A DNA stretch of 63,622 nt, the filler included, from Parasitella parasitica NRRL 2501 (taxonomy: Eukaryota > Fungi > Mucoromycota): assembly GCA_025201805.1 (NCBI GenBank). It is 4 parts of 4 records of this genome, joined end to end, with 100 filler letters (N's around TTAATTAATTAA, not from the genome) between each part and the next. Parts side by side here need not be neighbours in the genome. Positions count along the whole stretch, not along the records: positions 52,316 to 56,379 come from MU619495.1; positions 56,480 to 63,622 come from MU619244.1; 2 more parts are not named here. The stretch is one strand, 5' to 3'. This document shows positions 54,567 through 63,622 of this stretch, piece by piece. Position 1 is the first letter of the stretch. Every line of letters begins with the position of its first letter. A program made the translations under genes and the position numbers. Below the pieces are notes generated by a model. That model was given only the letters and a program-made list of their open reading frames with translations. It had not been told where the DNA came from and searched no databases.

Positions 54567-55939
54567 TGATCTGCCATAATTATAGATAGGAGATCATGGC
54601 AATGTACTTCAATTGAAGATTGAAGATTTTCCAATGATGTGATGTGATACGCTTGTGTAAATTGGAGAATAAAGTCTCTGTTTCAAATCAAGAAGGTTAT
54701 TCCTGTAAGTAACACAGATCTGAGCACCAGGATAAAGGTTAAGGCTCTGTCAGATCAAAGACGTGTAGCCCTTGCTGTATAACCTCATATCGTACCCTGT
54801 NNNNNNNNNNNNNNNNNNNNNNNNNNNNNNNNNNNNNNNNNNNNNNNNNNNNNNNNNNNNNNNNNNNNNNNNNNNNNATCTTTAGTTTTCGTATCTCGTT
54901 AACCTTTGGTTTTTTTATTATCTTTTTGATCCAACAGAGGTGCTCAACACTGATGAAGCTTTGGCCTATTGGGAAATGCGCAACAAAGCCAGAAACCAAC
55001 TGAATACAAACCTCTTCCATGCTGAATTGGACGCTGCTGCATCAAGTCGTCTTTTGGCCGTCTCACAGTCAATGCAAAGAAAAGTATCGAATATCACGCG
55101 CATGAAACGCAAAGCGGAGACTCCCAAGGTAAGGGTGATAAAATAGCATTATGTCGCTTCATATACTCTAACATTCAAAACTAGATGGAAGCTGATAGTC
55201 TTTTGTTCGATGGTGTTTCGGTGGGCACAACGATCAAGCGACATGGCAAAGCTTTAGCAGGACGATACAAAGAACTCAACAACAAACAAAAACACGTCGC
55301 AGGTCTTCGTCTCAACAGTATCGTAGATTTATCAGATGAATCCGCAGATTCACAGCGCAGGTTTTTCAGTGACGAAGAATGGGCCATGATGAAAAGCAAG
55401 TACCAGTTCAGCATCAAGCGCAACAAGCAAGTGTTCAAGCCACTTTTTAAAAAGATCAACAAAGCAATGAAGAACGCAGACCTTGACAAAGCCTACCAAA
55501 GCGCAAAAAACTCTGAATCTGCTGCTTTGAACAGTGACAAGGAACACATCTTCAACATCTACGCTCACATCATCAACATTTATCGTCATCGGCGCAGCTC
55601 TCTGAATAACAGCATGAAGGATAACACTGAGCTGGACGGTCTGGTCAAGCTCTGGGCGGAAGTCTTTGAGTCTCTCTTTCCTGACAGCCAGCATAACGTC
55701 AAGCGCAGATGGGGAGAGTCCAAGGCACACCACAACGGTTACAAGATCGATTGTCGAGTCATTGCTATAATAAATACACAGAAGGTTGATGTGCTGGACC
55801 TGGAGGCAGCCCGATATATCTACAAAACCAGAAGACCAACAACGACCATCTGAAACTGGCTATGGAAAGCAAAGGCGTCCTTGATCATATTGTGCGACAT
55901 GCTGCTAGCTGCCGAAGACGCTGATTCGTGGTTTGCAAC
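54567..55939 (+). pseudogene. Frameshifted, truncated PD-(D/E)XK restriction-endonuclease-like (Crinkler-REase-type) gene
   Basis: LNSIVDLSD...TELDGLVKLWAEVFESLF...RWGES...GYKIDCRVI...DVLDLEAAR, frameshift near 55825, then DHLKLAMESKGVLDHI and LIRGLQ before an abrupt end. Confidence 0.6.
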
Positions 55940-56379
55940 CACTACGGCCGGAGTAGTATGCACATTATTACCTTATTATGCCCAAGTGGGCATGCCACTA
56001 AAGCCTAAGCTATTCTGCACAGTGAATATGGTTAATAATACATTAATATGCACAATGTGCATAATAGACAAAACAGCACATGTGCTTATTGTTAAGCTCA
56101 TATGTGCTCTTCATATAATCTGCCCGTATGCTTAATACTATGCTCAAAAGTGCATACTATGTGAAATGCTCATGTGTACGCCATTATGCCCATTTGTGCA
56201 CAACATAGAAAATAGAATCACTATATTGATATCGTATTTACATATCTCTCATAAATTGTTCTCGCGTATTCATTAGGGTTTCAAATTGCAGATGTATTTA
56301 TTTCAATAGATAATATAAATGATACATTGATTAGCCGTATATACTGTAGGATTAACAAGCTTGACATTTAGAATTTTCG
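55940..56379 (+). mobile_element. Putative CACTA/EnSpm-type element end with subterminal repeats
   Basis: Starts CACTACGGCCGG exactly where the upstream ORF relic stops, followed by many short gcaca(t/a)/atgtgc/tatgc repeats in both orientations. Runs into a contig linker. Confidence 0.45.
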
Positions 56380-56680
56380 NNNNNNNNNNNNNNNNNNNNN
56401 NNNNNNNNNNNNNNNNNNNNNNNTTAATTAATTAANNNNNNNNNNNNNNNNNNNNNNNNNNNNNNNNNNNNNNNNNNNNTCTACTGTTTCGAGAACATCA
56501 CGGCTGTTCATCGATGCTTCATCCTAGATAAATAAGGCTTGTTCCAAGAGATCTTGGTCTCAAAGAACACACAGATGAATCATTGCAGTTAAGAAAAATT
56601 CCAACTCTTGAGTGAGCAGTATGGCCATCTTTTAACTGTAACACTTGGTGCATGAAAGATGGCATTGAATGAAAAAATAT

Positions 56681-56799
56681 GACTGTTTTTTACGATTCAA
56701 CTTTAAGCGCTGGAGACTGTTTTTTACGATTCATTTTTAAGCGCTGAGGACTGTTTTTTACGATTCAATTTTAAGCGCTGAGGACTGTTTTTTACGATT
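56681..56799 (+). repeat. 34-bp minisatellite, 3.5 copies
   Basis: Unit gactgttttttacgattca(a/t)(c/t)tttaagcgctg(ga/ag) starts at 56681, 56715, 56749 and 56783. Confidence 0.95.
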
Positions 56800-57679
56800 T
56801 CTATCATTTTAATATAAGAGATAAGTCTAGCACTATTGATTACCAAGAGATGTATTATGCAAATCAGTCATTAGGATTTGCTGATTTAAGGCATAAATTG
56901 ATTTTACGTTTTTTGCAAAAATATTACCGTTCTGGCAGTGGTTTGGTTTATTTTGATAATTTTATTTTGGCCTGTGTTACTCTTTGCCACTGTAAAGAGA
57001 TATTCGACATGATGAGCGTCAAGTTTGGATCCACAGCTCTTCCGATAAATTTCGAACAAGTAAGTAAAGCGAAAATATCTTGATAACCGAACATCTCCAA
57101 AGTTTATTTAATACAGTTTTACGAATTTTTTCATTTGGCCTACGCCCCCTTTGAATATCCTTTAATAAATAAAATAAGAAACCTTTTGTATACATCTTTT
57201 TTGAGAAGCTAGCGGAAAAGATATAGCACAAAATAAAATATATTCAAAATACCCTTTACGAAAACTCTTCCAAGCAATGCCAAGTAAGTATGGAGAAGGG
57301 GAGGAAATCACATTTCCAACTAAATACAGAATACCAAAAATACATGAATTGTCTAATAAGCCAATGCTTTAAACTTAGAGATAGGGCAGCGAGCAGAAGA
57401 ATGGAAATAAGCTTATGTTTTACAAGATATACGTGATTTTTATTTGTGTGATATATTTTGCAGAGAATATGTGGTGAGTGCATCATTGAACCTGTTTTAG
57501 CGTGGTACTGTACCAAGCCGCTAAGCTCCGCAGCAGTGGACAATGCCATTTTAGCTTTCTCGGGTCAAAGGCACCGTACCTGCCTTCTGTAGCTTTTTTC
57601 TTGGCGCAAACGATTTCTTTTCTTTTCCTTTCTTTTCTTTCTAATTTCCCACAATTTTTTTTTAAAAAAAAAGTGAAAA

Positions 57680-58688
57680 ATGTCTTATAACCAACAACAA
57701 TACGGAGGATCTCAAGGTGGGTATGGCCAGCAGCAGGGTGGGTATGGTCAGCAGCCGGGTGGATATGGCCAACAGCAAGGCGGCTATGGTCAATATAGAC
57801 CCCCTCCTCCTCCTCAGACTCCTCAACAACACCAGGCCTCACCTCCACAACATTATAGCGGCTACAACAACAGCCCATATCCTCCTCAACAACAATATGG
57901 TATATAAAGTTAAAAATGTAGTATATTTGAAATGGTATATTTATATATTTTGTTTTTAGCACGACCCGCTGGTCCTCCACCAGGTGCTGATCCACAACTC
58001 TGGAGTTGGTTTACTGCCGTAGATACCGACCATTCAGGCCAACTTTCTGTGGATGAACTTCAACGTGCTCTTGTCAATGGCGACTGGAGCCCTTTCAACA
58101 TTGAAACTGTTCGTACCATGGTCAATATGTTTGATAAAGGTAAGTCATCACAAGCTTCGGCGGATAAAAGGATAGCATCTCATCGCCAGACAACAGATAA
58201 TAGTGGCACCATTGAATTTCAGGAGTTTGCTGGATTATGGAAATACATTGAAGACTGGAAGAGATGTTTTCAGAACTTTGACGCAGATAATTCCGGAAAT
58301 ATCGATCATAACGAAATGCGCAACGCATTAAAAACCTTTGGCTATAACTTGTCTGACCAATTTGTTCGTATTTTGGTTCAAAAATTTGATAAATTTGGTA
58401 TGAAGACTTATTTATTGGGCTTTTAACGTATAATAACGTAAAATGAAAATAACTTACACTTTTAGGTCATTCCGCAGGTAAAGGAAATATTACCTTTGAT
58501 AACTTTGTTCAAGCCTGCGTTACAGTCAAGACACTCACCGATTCATTCAGACAATTTGATACTGACAATGATGGTTGGATCCAAATCAATTATGAGCAGG
58601 TAAATTTACGAGTATATCTCTACTTTTTTTTCGGTATTAACGATATGGTCTGTAGTTTTTGGAGTTGGTTATTCGTCAACGCTCTTAA
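57680..58688 (+). CDS. PEF1: Penta-EF-hand protein (peflin/ALG-2-like), multi-exon
   Basis: GGYGQQ/Pro-rich N-terminus, PPPGADPQLWSWF.AVDTDHSGQLS..ELQRAL.NGDWSPF, DNSGTIEFQEFAGLWKYI.DW, FDNFVQACV, DTDNDGWIQINYEQ|FLELV. Confidence 0.92.
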
Positions 58689-60079
58689 TAATATCAAAAT
58701 AAAACCTGTGTATATATTCTTTTATACTCTACATAACCATGATGAATTCTATGTATTGTCATTGCTTGATGATTTAACTTTATTTGGCTGTGCAAATTGT
58801 ATTACTCTGGGGCTTTACATAGCCTGAACAAAAATCGAGATGGCTTGTGTCCAATATAATGATTAATCATCAATGCGTATGATAAGAAGCTACACAGCTT
58901 AAAATCATTAATCATCTCAAAAGTGGGTATTGTTCACATACTGCTCTTTTAACTTTGGTAGTTATAGTGAACGTGCATATTATCGGTAGCCTTTGCAACT
59001 AATGCTAGTCTGCAGCAAAGGCACCAATAGATGGATATGTATCAGAAGATCCATTAAACGAAGAAGGGAATATGTTCATCTCGTCATCGTGACAAGGATT
59101 GTGACTGATTGAGCATAGAAAAATTTTCAGATTGTACGAAAAACTATAAATAGAGAGTGAAATTTGGCAATGACAAGGCTTCTTTAATCAAAAAATTAAG
59201 TATGCAGCCACGATGGACCGCTTTGTCATTTATTTGGCCTCAGCGTTTCATTGCCAGGAATCTTTTGATTTCATCGCATTCAAGAGAGAATGTCTTCTTG
59301 CCCTTTGGGCAGAAACGGGACTCCTTTGTCATTCATTTGATCTGTGGGGCTCCGTGCCGACGGGGGACTAAACTTTATAATCTTTTAATCTTGAATGAAA
59401 AAATGCTTCAAACCTGCGGTGAAAGCACTAAAATTCCAGTTGAGATATCATTAATCAAATTACTACTGCAACAAGTCTTTATAACTCTGTTTTGGAAGGG
59501 AGGTTTCGACTTCATATTGCATTCTGATATAAAATTCATTGAAGTAACAACACATCATTTGTGATGCATTTTCAATCATCATCTTCTCCGTATTCATACA
59601 TAGCTAACCCATTCATATCTAGCCTAAATCTAATGTCTTGACCAAACAACTCTTTGAATCAAAATATAATAGAAAGAGCGTTTGCACACCCAAGTCGGAC
59701 GATACCTGATTCTAGACATCGCAAGAATTAAAGTCAAACACCAGGGTATTTCCTTGACTTACTATTATTTTGTACTTGGCAATCTAAACCAGTTGTTTAA
59801 TCAAATACAACAGCAGGAAGATCAACTCCATCATGTTACTCACGCCCAAGCACAACACCTCCTGCTTCTATTACCAGTAGAGTTAGTTCTTCATCGATTA
59901 ACATTTGCCGAAAAACGACAAGTTCTTTGTCATGCACTTGATTGTTATCGCTTTCGACGAGCCGGATTCTTTTCGTGCGGTGGTCGCTTCATTGACGGTA
60001 CACAAGTGGAAGCAATCTTTAGAGGACAATTTGATTCTGGCCCTTGCATCGAGGAAGATATACATATCAATATCGTCGA

Positions 60080-61110
60080 GATATTGAACTTACTTTCCTA
60101 CGTCAGTAGGGGAATGGATAGGGGCATTATTCATGACAAGATAATGACCATTCATTTTTGGATACTTGTCTATTTCATCAAGGGTGGCTTTTAAAAAGCT
60201 CAGATAATGACCTTTCACTGTTCCAATGCTACTAGAAGTATTAGTCTCACACCCAAGTTTTCTCGCAAACTAACGTTAATTAGGCCAGTAGCCGATATCA
60301 CCTTAGTCACACTCACAGGCACTGTAACTATTGCAGGCGTTTTTTAATTTGACCTAGCCATACCTCGCTTCAAACTGATGTGAAAGGCTGATTCATCATG
60401 AAAGACGCAATTGGTTGCAGAAGATATGAGCAAATATCTAATATTTATGGATAAATTATGAAAAATAAAGCTGGTTTTGTAGATAACTTTTGATAGACAG
60501 GTCGCCCAAGAGAAATTAAGTTATGCTCAGATAGCGATGATGATGTCTGACTTGATGGCGCTTAAGACAGGCTTTGATTTGTTTTTTTTTTACTGCAGCC
60601 TATCAGCGATTATATGCAATTTTGATATGTAAGTTTTTGATATCATCTGATAAATTTATAGATGTCAATAAAACCATGGATACAAATGTTGTCGCCAGAT
60701 AGCGCCAAATCAACGCTAAGTATTCCAAGTTGGATCGCGGTTCTACGATTATTTTAGTAAAATTCAAATCATTTTGTTGCCATTTCAATACAAAAAAAAA
60801 GTCTGTTGCCAATCCTTAGATTTTTCCTTTCCTCGGGTTGGAATTGAGCTTGTTTAATGTATAAGTTACTTGCGTTGATATAAAGTTATATACGGTACTA
60901 CGAGAAACGTTGAGATTTACAGAGTTTTGCAGTAAACTTTCTACTACTTTGGTTAAAACAGCAGAAGGATTCTCATCAGTAGTGTAGTTAAAAATAAACT
61001 ACTTATACTCTTCCCCAAAAATACGATGACGGCCTGGTTTTTATTTCTCTCGAAAATACTTTCAGGATCTTCATTATAACGCTCGACCCATGTTTGGGCC
61101 GCACGAACAT
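60080..61110 (-). pseudogene. Second IS630/Tc1-mariner transposase relic, interrupted at ~60420-60810
   Basis: HVRAAQTWVERYNEDPESIF...VSRSTVYNF, TNCVFHDESAFHISLKRGMA, GTVKGHYLSFLKATLDEIDKYPKMNGHYLVMNNAPIH (second catalytic D changed to N). Contains stops and frameshifts. Confidence 0.85.
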
Positions 61111-61259
61111 GAACACTGTTGTGCCAGGTCTTGAAAAGGAGCACAGCAGGTGATTATACATGATAAAAGATGATAAAGACTTAATTTATCGGATAAAAAC
61201 GTATACATATTACTAACATAAGCTTAATAACCTTTCAATCCCATTATGAGCGAAACCTA

Positions 61260-61985
61260 AGAGTGCGTTCGACTTGATAAAGGTTTCCGTTTCATCATGA
61301 CCGAGGAAGCTTTTCACGTCTTTTTGAATAACAGTGAGTATTACATTATCACTAAACCCTCGAATGGGATGCAAAGCATGATCGCGGGTGAAAAATATCT
61401 GCAGCGTTTAGGCGAATTGAAGGTGATCAATCAAAAGACAGGTGAATACGGCTCGATACTTTTCAAGGAAGATACTGATGGGGGGGGGCATTAGTGCACC
61501 CAAGGACCGTAAAAACATAGTGGGCACTTTTTACACTGGATAACGTCAAAAGCAAAAAGTTATTTGGAAAATGGAGCGATGGATTGGCTGAGGATGCCCA
61601 CATGGATAGTCGCGAAAAAGTATTACAGGTTGTCTCAATTTGCAATTGAACAGGATAAAATTACACCTGTCGAGAAGAATAAACTATTAAAGACTGATTC
61701 GAGGTATAGGCCAGATCAGCGTCTGTACGAGCAGGGAGAGGCTGATCGAGTTGACGAGGAGAGACTGAGAATAGAAAAATTGCAGCGCGAAACTCGCTCT
61801 TCATGCAGAAAAAGGCATTTCGTGGAAGCCTCGTTGGTTCAAATTGGAGCAAGATCTTTAAAAAGAGGTTAGCTTTTGTCCCACATCTTCTAATACAAAT
61901 TGTGAGCATACATGGTAATTTAATGGCGAATACTGGAATACAAGAGAGGCTGACGAATGGCCTACCGTTGTCATTGATTTATGGT
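61260..61985 (+). pseudogene. Oxysterol-binding protein (OSBP/Osh3-like) C-terminal fragment, degenerate
   Basis: VRLDKGFRF, ITKP...MIAGEKYL..LGELKVINQKTGE...FKE, KYY.LSQFAIE...KTDSRYRPDQRLYEQG...EERLRIEKLQRE, terminal YW...DLW, spread over shifting frames. No N-terminus. Confidence 0.75.
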
Positions 61986-62237
61986 GCTTTTTTATGTTTT
62001 CATCTCAAAAATACGAATAGAATATAATTGAATATGTATTTATAACATATATAGACTTTAGCTCGAATTATGTTAATGACACTAAAAAATGCAATTCAAC
62101 AGAGTATCAGGGCTTGCGATGTCTCAAATTTATGCAGCGGCCACTGCTCCGCTTTATTATTGGCGTCACAGCTTCATCACTGGAGCTCAGTAGTCTCTGA
62201 TTGTTTATACTTTTGCTCATACGGTACACATATAACC

Positions 62238-62867
62238 ATGAACATCTTTTCAAAAAGCTGTCGCCCTATATGCTCAAAGAGGTTTTATGCGAGTGGAAAA
62301 AAAGCCAGATCTCCCTTTGAAGTGTTGTCTTTAAATGAATCCGCATCAACAGCGGATATAAAACAAAAATATAAAGAGCTAGCTAAACAATTACACCCTG
62401 ATAAGAAACCAACAGGAGACTTGGCCAAATTCCAAGAATTAGTACAAGCATACGAATTACTAGTCGATCCAAACAGAAGACAATATTATATCAAGTCAGG
62501 TTATGGATGGGGTGCCAGTGCTTCACAAGGCAGATATCCGCCACCAGGTTACCGACCAGCATCTTATACAAATGCTCATTGGGCAGAACCACCTTCCTCT
62601 TCATCTACTCTATATACAAAAAATACAACATTTATATCAGTTCTTGCAGGAATTATTGTTACAATAGCTACTGCAAACTTTTTTTACTTTCAAAATTCAC
62701 ATGCTACTATATTGAGTGCGGCCAATCAGCACCACTATAAATCTAGTCAGGATTTGAAAAAGGCACGTACAGAAGCCAAACTATTTGGCAATGATAGAGG
62801 CGTCAAAAGAGTGATTGATAGCAGAATGAAACAGTTTAGAAATAAAGAGAATCAAGAAGAGCCTTGA
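62238..62867 (+). CDS. DnaJ-domain membrane protein (mitochondrial JID1-like)
   Basis: Presequence-like start, SPFEVLSL...DIKQKYKELAKQLHPDK...FQELVQAYELLVDP (HPD motif), one TM helix. Confidence 0.88.
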   Translation: MNIFSKSCRPICSKRFYASGKKARSPFEVLSLNESASTADIKQKYKELAKQLHPDKKPTGDLAKFQELVQAYELLVDPNRRQYYIKSGYGWGASASQGRYPPPGYRPASYTNAHWAEPPSSSSTLYTKNTTFISVLAGIIVTIATANFFYFQNSHATILSAANQHHYKSSQDLKKARTEAKLFGNDRGVKRVIDSRMKQFRNKENQEEP

Positions 62868-63054
62868 TGGCATTGATGTCATTTATTATAATTGCTATTC
62901 GCAGGACCATTGATATGACTTGTCCCTTCTCGTCCAAGAGACTTGAATCAATGGTTGCCTTATTTATCCTTCAATTTGAGTAAGGGCTATTTTGTGCGCA
63001 TATCTGTCCGCACGCCTATTCATACGGACACATCTACCCAGATGTTGCTAATGT

Positions 63055-63090
63055 GTAGTAGTAGTAGTAGTAGCAGCAGCAGCAGCAGCA
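63055..63090 (+). repeat. Compound microsatellite (GTA)n(GCA)n
   Basis: Direct reading. Confidence 0.85.
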
Positions 63091-63622
63091 ATGGAAAACT
63101 CGACTTTCGACCATACGCTTTCTTTGATTTCTCACATACACCTCGTAAGAATCTCAGCAAATTCAGAAGTTGTGCTCACTCATTCTCAAGCGGCTTGTGC
63201 CTTCTATGGTCAAGACATTACCCCAGAAAACGAGGTGTATGTGAGAAAAAAAAAAAAAAAAAAAGGCCATCAAAGAAGTCTGCTGCGGACCATACAGATC
63301 TCCATAAAATTAAGCTTTTTTGGAGGAATCATCGAGCAGATGAATACAATGTTAAGCTATTGTATATTCCATCATGTACTTGAATATTGATATCGTCTCA
63401 ATATATTCATGATGAGGTCCTCAATTCACTGATTATGTATACATAAGTTAAACTTGACAATAAATTGCAAAGTTACACAGCCAAAAACTAAATAAAACAT
63501 TTCGTTTTTGTAATTATGCATCATTCCTGTAGTAAGCGTATAAGTGTACCAAGACGATTTCTTAATACAGAACAAAGGCCGTGCTGAATCATCTTTACCA
63601 TTTCCAATATCAAGTCCATTGC

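Noticed and set aside
56681-56799. CRISPR-like periodicity
   Set aside because: Units are head-to-tail with no unique spacers, there are no cas genes, and the context is eukaryotic.
59157-60194. Plus-strand ORFs of 135 aa and 170 aa
   Set aside because: No recognisable domain; the latter partly overlaps the antisense Tc1 relic and both look like degraded repeat DNA.
61271-61286. gacttgataaaggt matching the dispersed repeat core
   Set aside because: The match is only ~14 nt and is explained by the OSBP codons for RLDKG.

Overview
Eukaryotic, AT-rich, intron-rich fungal DNA. Gene content and transposon relics point to Mucorales (Mucor/Parasitella-like; inference). The scaffold is a draft with N gaps and three artificial TTAATTAATTAA contig linkers. 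About 20 housekeeping or metabolic genes are recognisable: ATP7, a PQ-loop transporter, PAT1, a CE16/SGNH esterase, RPL6, an F-box/LRR protein, BCKDH E1-beta, MMTAG2-like, MFSD5-like, mitochondrial uL4, a Ded1/Vasa-type DEAD-box helicase, a CAMK/Srk1-type kinase, TIM54, an AVT3/4 transporter, an NAD(P)-binding reductase, a Lys-C-type protease, an AT-hook protein, malic enzyme, peflin and a DnaJ protein. Three repeat/transposon-rich islands lie at ~12-17 kb, ~49-57 kb and ~59-62 kb. The most notable signal is at 51021-52214 on the minus strand: a gap-interrupted, intron-containing ORF resembling Mucorales Fanzor1 (eukaryotic TnpB-derived RNA-guided nuclease). Its last codons overlap a ~60-nt hairpin capped by a cUCCGg tetraloop (candidate omegaRNA scaffold), followed by a TA|CAGTTG Tc1/mariner-like terminus. 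Also notable are a DEAD-box helicase with three RanBP2 zinc fingers and ~10 GWG (Argonaute-hook-like) repeats, and a long inverted-repeat family with a covarying internal hairpin. Exon boundaries were read by eye and are approximate.
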